Origin: Candidatus Latescibacterota bacterium
GTDB taxonomy: Bacteria > Latescibacterota > CBDEFO01
Length of the DNA stretch: 64,000 nucleotides
Assembly (NCBI GenBank): GCA_965237525.1
Contig: CBDEFO010000004.1
Location: 96,001-160,000, forward strand
Reading direction: 5' to 3'
This document shows positions 10,840 to 21,287 of this stretch, in pieces; the stretch's first letter is position 1; each line of letters begins with the position of its first letter. The notes beneath the pieces are model-generated. The model ran no database searches, was not told the DNA's origin, and saw only the letters and a list, made by a program, of their open reading frames with translations. The position numbers were made by a program, and so were the translations under genes.

Positions 10840-10920
10840 ACATAAGCAGCGCATGCAAATCGACTCCGAGATAGCCACCGCTTCGCGTGGACTCCTCGGA
10901 GCAAGTGATGCGCGTTTCTA
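10840..10920 (+). other. Degenerate attC site
   Basis: ACATAAG-CAGCGCATGCA ... TGATGCGC L boxes with an extrahelical G; R' box damaged. Confidence 0.55.
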
Positions 10921-10929
10921 TACTATACT

Positions 10930-10990
10930 ATTAGTGTAATTTCAGTATCCAATATTATCGTCATATTGTGCATAGAAGGTATCAGCATTC
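10930..10990 (+). repeat. Shared segment downstream of a cassette array (copy 1; copy 2 at ~13240-13301)
   Basis: TGTAATTTCAGTAT..TTATCGTCAT..GCATAGAAG..GCATTC follows the last attC at both sites. Confidence 0.75.
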
Positions 10991-11254
10991 GTCAGAGAAA
11001 TAAGATGTATACTTTAGGTGGACATTTTCAATGTCTTCTACCTCTATACCTATAAGAGATTGAATAATGCCATTAATCGAAAAGTCAAGGCAACTGTATA
11101 GATGTTGCCCTTTGTGTTAGTCTACAAGTTTCAATTTGTCGATTTCTGCTGACTGTAGGTCTCACCCTCTATACAATTCGGAACTTCCTGGATTTATAAA
11201 CTGGCAGCAATGTAATACCTTTGGTCACAATTTTGCAGATGGATACTTTACTAA

Positions 11255-11484
11255 CCCGATTAATTCATAAACTTGATGGAAGTCATTGCGAGGAGCAAAG
11301 CGACGAAGCAATCTCAAGGTTTTATAGTGGTCTCCTATCAGAGCCGGAGAGTATTACATCTACCACAGAATCGAGATTGCTTCGCCTCCGGATCGCAATG
11401 ACACCGAAGGTGGTTAAACGTCATAACTATAATATAATACAATCCCTTAATTAATATACGGCCTTTTTTTGTGAATTATTCGGG
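11255..11484 (-). mobile_element. ~230-bp MITE (IS5-like ends) carrying a REP doublet, copy 1
   Basis: Terminal inverted repeats CCCGAWTAATTCA; CTAA on both flanks; near-identical to the 21060 and 63242 copies. Confidence 0.85.
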
Positions 11485-11488
11485 CTAA

Positions 11489-12098
11489 AGAGGCAACAGA
11501 TATTCTTTTTAGCAAAACCCATGACTATCAGTTATTTAATGTTAAGGATGTTGAGAAATTTCGATGTATGTCTGCAAGATTGATTGATAAAATATCTTCT
11601 GTCTTAAATGGTCAGAAAGGTAAATGGTTGGATGTTGGTTTCGGTAACGGTTTATTAATGACGACATGTGAAGAATATGGTTTTGAGCCAGTCGGTATTG
11701 ATCTTCGCCAAATAGCTGTAGATAAGATGAAGCAACTTGAATATGAAGCTCACTGCATGGAATTAAAAAATTATAAACAATTCAATAGTTTTACAGTTAT
11801 TTCGATGGCCGACGTGTTGGAACATATGCCGTACCCAAGGGAAGCACTTTCTCATGCTCATAAATTGTTAATACCAGGGGGAGTATTGTTTATATCGTGT
11901 CCTAATATGGATTCGTTTCTTTGGAAGGCCTTAACTAAAGAAAACAAGAATCCATATTAGATAGAAATAGAGCATTATCATAATTTTGGACGGAAGCTCC
12001 TTTATTCATTATTAACTGAGCATGGATTTAACCCCTTAACTTATAGCATAAGCGAAAGATATCGAATTGGTATGGAAATTATTGCGATTCGAGAATAA
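11489..12098 (+). pseudogene. Class I SAM-dependent methyltransferase cassette gene, 5'-truncated, internal TAG
   Basis: WLDVGFGNG and DVLEHMP motifs; NPY*IEIEHYHNF continues in frame to 12098; AT-rich. Confidence 0.8.
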
Positions 12099-12102
12099 TG
12101 AA

Positions 12103-12174
12103 ATATAACAAGGCGCTACACCTGACCGCTATTCCGCTACGTTGTATAACGGCTGGTGAGCTTGGTCTTTATTT
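12103..12174 (+). other. attC site with mutated R' box
   Basis: ATATAACAAGGCGCTACACCTGACCGCTAT...GGTGAGCTTGGTC followed by TTT instead of GTT. Confidence 0.75.
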
Positions 12175-12217
12175 CACTTTGGTGAGGATGAAAGAACTGC
12201 GAGCTCAATACTGTATG

Positions 12218-12369
12218 AAAATATCGGAGTTTGTATTACTTGTTTCGAAATTAAAAATGAAATAGTGTGCTTGACTTTCAAAAGTTTTAACGGTAAATTG
12301 CAGATTGGTTATGAGTCATTATCTAGGCTATGATAAGTGGAAGTCATTTGGGTTAATTAATAATTAGGC
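12218..12369 (+). repeat. Platform copy C: Pc and attI-like site
   Basis: Aligns with ~7695-7846; TTGACT(12271)-17-TAAATT; ends GGTTAATTAATA-ATTAGGC. Confidence 0.8.
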
Positions 12370-12388
12370 TGCGCCCCAGGAGATTTGT

Positions 12389-13156
12389 ATGGGAAATCAA
12401 AAGACACTAATTGTTGGTTCCATTCTATCAGTGATACTCCTGCTTTTTCTGGGTTGGCTGCAGAGTGAAGAGGCGAAGTTTCTAAACCTTTCTCCTCAAT
12501 GGCTAGCAATCGCGGTATTGCCGGTGTTGGTAGCACTTTTTGCTGGGGGATTCATAACACGGTTCAAGGGTTTCGGCGTTGAACTAGAGGCGACTCTGAG
12601 AACACCGGTTGCATCTATGAACTTGACGGCATCCGGTGCAGTTGCAGATATCCCGGGTGATGAGAAGAAAAGCTTCCTATATATCGATAATCTACCGGAC
12701 GATAAGAAGCTCGCAACTCGGAGGCTCCTCTTTAGATCTGGACGGCAGGATTTCTACACTCCCCATGGCATCGAGCGATATGCTCAGGAACTACCAAATA
12801 TTAAGTACTTTGAGATTCGTACCGAGTCTGGAGAGATAATATGCTTTATACCGATCTCTACTTTCCGTGACACCGCCCAACCACGACGCGCTCTCGATTT
12901 CGAAAAACTAAAATTGTTGGTCCAAGCTATTAAACAGAACGAGGTTCCCAACGCTTTCAAGGAGTCTGCCATCACGTTGACGGTTTCTAATGACCAAAGT
13001 TTAGTCGATGTATTAAAGAAGATGCGAACTGAGAGCGCGGAGTTCGCACCGGTAGTATCTCCTACGGGGAAGTACTTGGGTGTGGTGTTTGCCCGTGACG
13101 TGGAGAGACGAATTGCGGATTCAGTGCTGGCGACAACGAAGGCAAGTTCAGCCTAA
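12389..13156 (+). CDS. Cassette gene: N-terminal membrane segments plus C-terminal CBS-like domain
   Basis: Two hydrophobic helices; TVSNDQSLVDVLKKM..APVVSPTGKYLGVV; bounded by ATTAGGC and GCCTAAC. Confidence 0.75.
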   Translation: MGNQKTLIVGSILSVILLLFLGWLQSEEAKFLNLSPQWLAIAVLPVLVALFAGGFITRFKGFGVELEATLRTPVASMNLTASGAVADIPGDEKKSFLYIDNLPDDKKLATRRLLFRSGRQDFYTPHGIERYAQELPNIKYFEIRTESGEIICFIPISTFRDTAQPRRALDFEKLKLLVQAIKQNEVPNAFKESAITLTVSNDQSLVDVLKKMRTESAEFAPVVSPTGKYLGVVFARDVERRIADSVLATTKASSA

Positions 13157-13239
13157 CAACAGCGTGAACGGGACCGGCTTCCAACCGGCCGGGGATTCCG
13201 CTTCCGCTCCACCGCGGTGGATGAGCCGCAGCGTTATAT
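13151..13239 (+). other. attC site (possibly a chimera of two halves)
   Basis: GCCTAAC...GTTATAT; L boxes are poorly complementary. Confidence 0.65.
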
Positions 13240-13351
13240 TTTTCATGTAATTTCAGTATGGAATTTTATCGTCATGATAGGCATAGAAGCAATCCGCATT
13301 CCCCAGCCACACAACAGATAGCAGCTCCACCTCCTTACAGGCAGAGATCGC

Positions 13352-15193
13352 TTACTCTGATGCGATCAGTTCCTTAAATTGAGGTTCCTCTCTTACAAAG
13401 TCTAAGTCCTTATCATGCTTCATCCATTCGAAGTCTTTAAGCCCAAGATCAATTGCCCGTTTGATCCACACAAGGGACGTCTTTAGGTCGCGTTTGAGGG
13501 AGTAGTAGCACCCGATGCTGTAGGATGCCCAGGGATCGTCCTGGAACTTTTCTGCCTCCTCTAAGGTTGATTGGGCCTGTTCGTACAGACCCTGGATGTG
13601 GTAGATGGAGGCCAATCTTCCATAAGCGTAGCCGTAGTGGGGATTCATCTTCAGGGCTTTTTGAAACTCAACTACGGCAACGTTGTACATTCCTCTGTGT
13701 TTATATATGTCCCCTATGTTAGACTGGGCGTTTACATAGCTGGAGTCAGTAGATAGGGCTTTCTGGAATTCCGATATAGCCTCATCATATCGGGCCTTGT
13801 AATAGTATTTTACCCCTAAGTTGTTGTGTGCCAGCACCTGTTTTGGATCTATCTCCACAGTTTTTCTGTATTCCTCTATAGCATCGTTGGTCATCCCCTT
13901 TTGGGAGTACGCGTTTCCAAGGTTATAGTGGGCTCCGGCGTAGTTGGGTTCAAGCTCTACTGCTTCCTTCCATTGTGCTATTGCCTCGTCCAACAACCCC
14001 TTCTGGGAGTATGCGTTTCCGAGATTGCTGTGCGCTAAGGCGAGGCTCGGCTCGATCCTTATGGCCTTTTTGTATTCTCTTATAGCTTCCTCGATCGTTC
14101 CCCTCTGGAGATAAGCGTTTCCAAGGTTGTTATGGACTTCGGCGTAGCCGGGATATATTTCTAATGCTTCTTTCCATTCCTTTATAGCTTCACCCATAAG
14201 GCCGTTGTTGGCGTAGGAAAGAGCCAAGCTGTTGTGCGGTCTGGCTCTGTAAAGGAGCTCTTTCTCCCGGTAGATCCTATATTCTTCAAGTGCCTCGTTG
14301 GCCATCCCATTTCGTCTGTAGGCATCAGCTAATTCCCTGTGGGCTTCAGCGTAATCGGGATAAAGATCTATTGCTTTTCTATAGCTATCTGTAGCCCGAT
14401 CCAGGAGTCCCTCTTTCTTGTAGGCGTTTCCAAGCTGTAGGTGAGCCTGGACGAAATTGGGATCCAGCTCTAGCACCCTTTGATATCTTGCGATGGATTC
14501 TTTCAGAAGTCCCTTGTCTGCGAACACTAACGCAAGGCCATAGTGCGCTTCTTCGTAGCCGGGACGTATGCCGATGGCGGTCTGGTATTCTGAAATAGCA
14601 TGGTCAGACAATCCTTTCCTTCTAAAAACCTCTCCAAGGCCGTGGTGAGCTTCAGCAAAACCTGGGTAGAGCCTGAGTGCCCTTCTGTATCCTGCTGCGG
14701 CTCTGTCGAGTTGTCCTTTCTGTCTGTAAACCTCTCCAAGGCCGTAGTGAGCTTCCACGAAATCCGGATAGATCCACAGCGCCCTGTCGTACTCTTTGAT
14801 AGCTGCGTCCAGTAGGCCCTTTAAGGCATATACCAGCCCGAGGTTATAGTGAGCTTCTGCATATCCGGGATACCTCTTAAGTACCTTCTTATACTCCGAT
14901 ACAGCCTCGTTCAGGAGACCCTTATCTGAGTAGGCGTTTGCCAGGTCGAACTGCGCTCTGGCGTATTCGGGCTGTATGTCGAGAGCCTGCCGGTATTCGG
15001 ATATGGCTTCGTCCAAAAGACCCCTGGAGTGGTATTCACTTCCGGCTCTGTAGTGCTTTTTGGCAGGACTGGCGCAGCCTGCAAGCACGATTAAAGCAGA
15101 CAGAAGACAGTAACCTCCGATAGATTTAATCGGGGGGCACAGGGCATCCCTGCTCATCTGCAGGGATATGAACAAGAGGGCGTGTCTCTTCAC
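13352..15193 (-). CDS. Tetratricopeptide-repeat protein, probable lipoprotein
   Basis: Many 34-aa AEAHxNLG...A...P repeats; LAGC lipobox-like motif. Confidence 0.9.
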   Translation of the reverse strand: MKRHALLFISLQMSRDALCPPIKSIGGYCLLSALIVLAGCASPAKKHYRAGSEYHSRGLLDEAISEYRQALDIQPEYARAQFDLANAYSDKGLLNEAVSEYKKVLKRYPGYAEAHYNLGLVYALKGLLDAAIKEYDRALWIYPDFVEAHYGLGEVYRQKGQLDRAAAGYRRALRLYPGFAEAHHGLGEVFRRKGLSDHAISEYQTAIGIRPGYEEAHYGLALVFADKGLLKESIARYQRVLELDPNFVQAHLQLGNAYKKEGLLDRATDSYRKAIDLYPDYAEAHRELADAYRRNGMANEALEEYRIYREKELLYRARPHNSLALSYANNGLMGEAIKEWKEALEIYPGYAEVHNNLGNAYLQRGTIEEAIREYKKAIRIEPSLALAHSNLGNAYSQKGLLDEAIAQWKEAVELEPNYAGAHYNLGNAYSQKGMTNDAIEEYRKTVEIDPKQVLAHNNLGVKYYYKARYDEAISEFQKALSTDSSYVNAQSNIGDIYKHRGMYNVAVVEFQKALKMNPHYGYAYGRLASIYHIQGLYEQAQSTLEEAEKFQDDPWASYSIGCYYSLKRDLKTSLVWIKRAIDLGLKDFEWMKHDKDLDFVREEPQFKELIASE

Positions 15194-15253
15194 CGCTTAT
15201 TTCCCCTTTTCCCAAAAGAGTATCGAAGAACTTTTTTGGTGTCTCGAAAATGT

Positions 15254-15289
15254 GAAAAGGGAGAGTCTGTATTAGGCTCTCCCTTTTGC
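15254..15289. terminator. Intrinsic terminator-like hairpin
   Basis: AAAAGGGAGAGTCT-gtatt-AGGCTCTCCCTTTT. Confidence 0.7.
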
Positions 15290-15336
15290 ACTATATTCCT
15301 CAGTCTGATGAAGATGCAATTCCTTAAAGTTCTACG

Positions 15337-16146
15337 TTAGAATCTTCCTTGTCCTGTTCGCCTCTTAGGCGGAGATTTTTTCGAACTGGATTTAGCCGCT
15401 TTCTTACCGCTGCCTTCTGATGCCTTGGAGGCAGAGCCGGCCCTGCTTGACGAGACAGAGTGCTTGACAGTCCGGATGCTCTCCGTTCTCGACCGCTCGG
15501 AAGTGTACGAACTGCTGTAAGGCGACTTCTCGGCACTGCGCCTTATTGACAGCGTCCTCGTCCTCTGAGGGGTCGGAATAGGCTCAGGCTGATAACCCGG
15601 AATAGGCCTGAGCTCGTACGAACCCCTGACCTTCACAAGTTCGTGGCCGGCAGGTACATCAATCCTTGCTATGATATCTTCCTCTCTGACCGTATTCTGG
15701 TCTGTCTGAGCAGGATCGTTTATCGGGACCAGCTCATATCCAGGAGGCACATAGTACCCTCCGGAATTTCCATAGTAGCCCCCAGTATCTCCGTAATATC
15801 CGGAATTAAGAGGAGAACCGTAGCCGTCGTAGTAGCCCAACCCGTTGTAAGATCCGTAATCGCCGGGATACGATCTGCGGTTCCTAACACCCGGTGCATA
15901 AGGGTCGTATTTGTCAAGCGGACTGATCTCACCTGTCTCTGGCCCCTCATTGATAATTTCGACGTCGGGAAAATCTTCGTCGGAGATCTCGCCTCTTAGC
16001 CACTTGTCTTCGATCTCTTCGCCTTTAGGACTGTCGGAGGGCGTTCTGGGGGCTCTAAGCTTGGTGTAGCCGCACCCGAATGCGAAGAATGAAGCGAAGA
16101 TTCCGATAGCCAACAGCGCTGTTATAAGTCTATTCATACTGATCAC
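15337..16146 (-). CDS. Hypothetical lipoprotein, Y/G-rich middle and S/K/R-rich tail
   Basis: Signal peptide ending AFGC; low-complexity composition. Confidence 0.65.
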   Translation of the reverse strand: MISMNRLITALLAIGIFASFFAFGCGYTKLRAPRTPSDSPKGEEIEDKWLRGEISDEDFPDVEIINEGPETGEISPLDKYDPYAPGVRNRRSYPGDYGSYNGLGYYDGYGSPLNSGYYGDTGGYYGNSGGYYVPPGYELVPINDPAQTDQNTVREEDIIARIDVPAGHELVKVRGSYELRPIPGYQPEPIPTPQRTRTLSIRRSAEKSPYSSSYTSERSRTESIRTVKHSVSSSRAGSASKASEGSGKKAAKSSSKKSPPKRRTGQGRF

Positions 16147-16319
16147 TCCCTTCAGGAATAAGGGTTGACAACGACATTCCCACCCTTTAGACGCTCATCC
16201 TCCCTTAAAGATTCAGAAATCATCAGATGTGATTCATCTGAGTACAAAATATACGACATAATTTCAAACATGCAAGGAATATTTTTCTATTTTTTCAGGG
16301 ATGCAAAGGGAGAGTCCCT

Positions 16320-16610
16320 GTGTACTTATTTGAGGCCAGGCGATAAGGTATGAGGTGTTGTATATGAGATTCCCGGCGACGAATTTTCCGCCCTTGACAA
16401 GAAGAAAGGATACCCAAAATACTACGACCGTGTGGATGTCTCTGTGACCGATCCCAAAGACAATACCCACAGGGCACAGGCATACGTGGGGGCGGATAAG
16501 AATCTGGAGGGCTATCTCCCCTGCAAAGATTACATGAATCTCCTGATTGCCGGTGCGAACACTTGAAGCATCCTGATGACTAAATATAAGTATCGCGGTC
16601 AAGTTTGACT
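16320..16610 (+). pseudogene. Gamma-glutamylcyclotransferase (AIG2-like) remnant
   Basis: PGDKV*GVVYEI..LDKKKGYPKYYDR..AQAYV..PCKDYMNLLIAGA; internal TGA and a later frameshift. Confidence 0.6.
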
Positions 16611-16761
16611 GTCGCTTGACCTCGTCCTACTTAAAACTGCAGCTGCCCCACCTCAATCATTATCACTAAACTCTCGGTGATAACCTCGATGAGGCCTGGT
16701 CTCTGTTCAAGCTCTAATAGAAGTTATCGAGCCCGGCGCGAAACAATAGATCCTAAGGCTA

Positions 16762-16811
16762 GAGATCTTGCTCTTTTTCAAAGATCGGTTGCCTGGCCAC
16801 AAAAACTCCAT
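16762..16811 (-). pseudogene. N-terminal stub of an EAL/HDOD-type signalling gene
   Basis: AGGAG-ATG followed by frameshifted FVARQPIFEKEQDL. Confidence 0.4.
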
Positions 16812-17035
16812 CGTTGATCTCCTTTGCGTCAAAGGTCTCTGTACTACGAAACGTTCTCCAACCCACCTGCTAAATGCGATTCTTCCTATCTATTCTTTTG
16901 CATTTTCTCATACGCCGCTTTCATCTTATTCACGTCCATACCACTCCCAAAGGTATTGTCTCCTTCCCGTTTGGAGTAATTAGAGTACCTTAGGATCGAT
17001 TTGCGGTGCTCCTATTCATCGTTAAACCCACAGGG

Positions 17036-17476
17036 TTACGTAAAAAATCGGGAATTGCTTATTCTGATCTTTACAGAGAGATCGTTTATAACATTTCTTA
17101 ACATCTTGAGACCTATACAGTGGTATTTTCTGAGCAGTCTGTCGAACTCCGCGGTGTTTAAGCTCAGCGCTATTGACTTTTCTGAAGAAACTACCGTCGC
17201 TGACCTGATCTTTCCCGTGATGACGCCCATTTCCCCTACCATTTGTCCAGGGTTGATCTGAGCTACGCTGACACCGCCGAGGGACCTTACGTCCAGTTCA
17301 CCAGACATGAGGATCAACATCTCACTGCTGCCTCCCCCGTACTTGAATATCACCTCATTGGGCTCATACTCCTTCTGCTGGCATACGCTCAGCACGAGTT
17401 TTGCCTCATCCACAGAAAGTTCCCCAAACATGGGGATCTTTCTTATCATGTTCAGCACTTTGAAGTCGGTTGCCAT
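17036..17476 (-). CDS. Cyclic nucleotide-binding domain protein
   Basis: IPMFGEL and GQMVGEMG..RSATV motifs. Confidence 0.9.
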   Translation of the reverse strand: MATDFKVLNMIRKIPMFGELSVDEAKLVLSVCQQKEYEPNEVIFKYGGGSSEMLILMSGELDVRSLGGVSVAQINPGQMVGEMGVITGKIRSATVVSSEKSIALSLNTAEFDRLLRKYHCIGLKMLRNVINDLSVKIRISNSRFFT

Positions 17477-17868
17477 GTCTTATCCTCCTTCACGTAACGG
17501 AAGGCTCTTCTCCCAAAACAGTAACGTGAACTCCAGTACATCCAAATTGGACAGATAGCTTAGCAACTTCTTAAAGTCGTCAAGAGCTCAAAATGAGTCT
17601 CCACGGGGGCTGTTATGTCAAATAAACCTTGTATCTTTACAGATGCAATTTAGAAATAAGTTGTCTTGTACCACTCGATTTGGTACAATAGTATGCCCAC
17701 CAACAGAAAGGTAAGACTGTCAAGTCGGGTAGTCTGTGCAACCAACGCGAAAAACTTGCTTTACTTGTCCAATTACGTGCTCAGAAAAACGGGTTCGGTT
17801 CATTCCCGCTCTTGCATTCCTATGACAAACTTCTGTCTAAATGTCCTACGCGGAGATAAGTTTAATCT

Positions 17869-18465
17869 CTATCCTGTCTCGTTAAAAAAGTAACTTATGC
17901 GGACATTTAAGGCGGACGCGATCTTACGTAAAGTAGAAATTGAAGCTGAAGTGTCTCCCAATTCGATCTTGGATATTAGGCTAACAGATAGCCCTGTCCT
18001 GTTTGCCAACTGCTTGATCGTTAACCCTTTTCCCTGCCTTAAAACCCTAATTCTTCCTCCTATCTCTGATCCTAACTCTTCGTCAGGATCAACTTCCATG
18101 CCCTTTTCAGCCAGAACCTTTTTTATGACATCTAACAGTTCTCGCATCCTGAACGGTTTCGTGATGTAATCAGTAACACCCAGCTTCATCGTGGTGATGG
18201 CCGATTCCACGGTCGGGTAACCCGTAACTACGATTACGGACACATCAGAATTGAGCTTCTTTATGTCTTTAAGGAGATCATCGCCTGTTATTGTGGGCAT
18301 TCTTAGATCCAGAAGTACCACGTGATGCATCCCACTTTTAAGTTTGCCCATCGCCCTTCGGGGATCAGTGACACTTTCAACATCAAAACCCTCTTGAGTC
18401 AGGTAATGACTAAGCGAATCGCTAAATTCTTTGTCGTCGTCAACTATCAGTGTCTTAATCTTCAT
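17869..18465 (-). CDS. Response regulator with C-terminal XRE-family HTH
   Basis: LIVDDD, LLDLRMP and YITKPF; LTIKQLANRTGLSVSLISKIE. Confidence 0.9.
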   Translation of the reverse strand: MKIKTLIVDDDKEFSDSLSHYLTQEGFDVESVTDPRRAMGKLKSGMHHVVLLDLRMPTITGDDLLKDIKKLNSDVSVIVVTGYPTVESAITTMKLGVTDYITKPFRMRELLDVIKKVLAEKGMEVDPDEELGSEIGGRIRVLRQGKGLTIKQLANRTGLSVSLISKIELGDTSASISTLRKIASALNVRISYFFNETG

Positions 18466-18857
18466 CTTAGCTTTACTTCAATTCATGCTGAAGTTTTTGT
18501 CAAAACATCTTCAAGTTCTGACAATTTAAAGGTTTTGTACAGTATCGCGTAAAAGCCTATTCCCCTTGCCGCTGTCCTCTTAGTAAAAAGCAATTAGGAT
18601 CAAGCACTTGTCGATAAAAAGTTTCAACTATTATTTTATGATATGACGTGAACCCCAAAGTGGACAGGGTCTTAATATACGACGATGCCGACTCTTTGTC
18701 AACCTTTTTCAAATCATAACATATATATTCTACAATTATTTAGTATGAATAAACTATTCTATAAATACTATATAAAAAGAAAGCCCCCCATTTCTGACGG
18801 GCTGTGTGTTTGAGTATCGCCGACTCTTTTACATTTAGAGACTCTTTACCTACAGGA

Positions 18858-20993
18858 TTATTCACTCGTTCCCATTATCACCTCGCGTAATGTCTTGCTC
18901 AGTTCTTCGACCTTATATGGTTTGGCAACAAAACTGCTAAAACCATATTGCCTGAAATTGGCTAATACCGGATCGTTAGAATAACCGCTCGATACAATGG
19001 CCTTAACCTCAGGGTCTATTTCAAGCAGCTTCCTGATGGCTTCTTTTCCCCCGATACCGCCAGGCACAGTTAAATCCATAATAACTGCATCAAAGGGCTG
19101 TCCTTATTTCTGGGCCTGCTTGTAAAGCTTGATAGCTGCGGCGCCATCTTCGGCAAACTGTGCCTCATATCCAAAATGAGTCAGTATCTGGCTGAGGGAC
19201 TCTCTGATGTCTTCCTAATCGTCCATAATCAAAATCTTGCCCTTGCCGGCAAGGGGTCTGTCCTCTAAATCTTCCTTTATCTGGATTTCTTTTGAGGTAG
19301 CGGGGAGATAGATATGGAAGGTGGTTCCAACTCCCAACTCGGATTCTACACTTATGTACCCATCGTGGTTTGTAATTATGGAATAGGAAGTCGTAAGACC
19401 AAGGCCGCTGCCTTCCTGTTTAGTCGTGAAAAAGGGATCGAATATCTTATCAAGATGCTCCTGGGATATACCGATCCCCTGATCTTCAACGCATATTTTT
19501 ATGTATTTTCCCTCTTGTAAAGGGAGAGAGTTTTTTGCTCCTACGGTAACATTTTCAGCACGCATCTTAATTGTACCGCCCTCGGGCATCGCCTGGTCAG
19601 CGTTGATAATCAAATTGTTGATGACCTGACTTATCTGTCCTTCATCAACTTCGACCGCCCAAAGATCGTCAGGCATGGAGAATTCGCACTTAACATTGGA
19701 GCCTCTCAAGGCAAAGCCGACTGAATCTTTTATTAACTCTGAGATAGAGATCGTCTCCTTAATCGGCGCTCCGCCGCTGGAAAAGGTGAGCAATTGCTGG
19801 GTCAGGTCCCTTGCCTTTATGGACACTTTCTCTATCGTAGTCAATACCTCAGAGATTTCATCTTCCGATTTTGCATACTTTGCAAGGGAGACATTGACCA
19901 AAATCGTAGCTAGAACATTATTAAAGTCGTGTGCAATTCCCGCTGCTACGTGTCCTAAAACATTGAGCCTTTCCATCCGGACTATCTGCTCTTGCGCCTC
20001 CTGCAATTTTCGATAGGAGTGATCTAAATCCAGGCTCATCCGGCTCAGTTCCTGATTGGCTCTCTGCACAAGAGTAAAAATGTCCTGACTGGAGCCTATG
20101 TCTCGACCTAAAATCTGAGCTATCTCCTCAACTTTTTCTGTGGCCTTTGAAGTTATCTCCTTTAGGTCGTCTTCGGACATCTTGAATCTATCTTTTAGCT
20201 TTTCTATCTTATCGAAGGATCCAACTGTCCAGATCTTTCCGGAACAGGCATTGGATACGTTATCAGCCAAAGCGACCAAAGAAATCATAAGCTGTTCCCG
20301 TCCGTTCTTCTTTGTATCTAAATCTGGCGGGGTGTGATGCAGCCAGGCAACTCCTATCAGATGATCAGGAAACCTCCACTTTTCCATAATCCACTTGCCC
20401 ACCAGACCGTGGCCAACTCCGATTATGCGCCTTTCCGCCTCAGACGAGTCAATTCTCTCCTTGATAGATAGCTCAAGCGCAGCACCAAATTTTTCAGGGA
20501 CCTGCACATCCAGAATTAGTTTTCCTACATCGTGAAGCAGACCGGCTACGAACACTTCATCCGAAAAGTCGAAACCGAGCTTTTCTGATATGTCCTGGGA
20601 TAAAACAGCGCAGGATAAGGAGTGTCGCCAGAACTCCTTGATGTCTAAGTTGGAGTTTTCCAGGAATGCTAAGGTGTCCATCAAAGAAATGCTCAACACG
20701 ATGCTCTTCAGCTTATTAAATCCCAAGGTAACTATGGCATCTTTGACTGTGGATACGGCTTTGGGCCTTCCGTAGAGAGCGGAGTTGGCAACCGTGAGAA
20801 CTTTAGCTGTCAGAGATTGATCCTTTTCCACAAGTTCCGCCACATCCTGGATGCTGGAGATCTCAGCGAGCACCCTGTTCATTATCTCCGCAACCACCGA
20901 AGGCAGTGTGGGAAGACCATCCAGATTCTCTATGGCTTTTTTTATCTTTGCCCTGTCAGAATCCCTTGAATTGACCATCCTATTGTCGCCCAA
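18858..20993 (-). pseudogene. HDOD-HisKA-HATPase-REC hybrid histidine kinase; receiver domain broken by two in-frame stops
   Basis: LPTLP..GLLHDVGK (HDOD), AHDFNN, DQGIG, FFTTK, GSGLGL; MDD*EDIR...QAQK*GQPFDAVIMDLT all in one frame. Confidence 0.85.
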
Positions 20994-21059
20994 GATTTAC
21001 GGCAGCCAAGGTAGGTAGGAAGTCCTGTACACCGTCTGCTCTTTTTTTCTCCTTATTAG

Positions 21060-21287
21060 CCCAAATAATTCATAAAAAACGCCGTGTATTAATTAAGGGA
21101 TTGTATTATATTATAGTTATGCCGTTTAACCGCCTTCGGTGTCATTGCGAGCCGAAGGCGAAGCAATCTCGATTCTGTGGTAGATGTAATACTCTCCGGC
21201 TCTCATAGGAGACCACTATAAAACCTTGAGATTGCTTCGTCGCCTTGCTCCTCGCAATGACTCCAGCAAGTTTATGAATTAATCGGA
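21060..21287 (+). mobile_element. ~230-bp MITE with REP doublet, copy 2
   Basis: TTAG on both flanks; the right TTAG overlaps the stop codon of the neighbouring gene. Confidence 0.85.

Noticed and set aside
16504..16515. 12-bp match (CTGGAGGGCTAT) to the tRNA-Arg 3' end as a possible att site of a 35-kb island
   Set aside because: It lies inside a continuous cyclotransferase-like reading frame with family-like sequence on both sides and no arm repeats; likely chance
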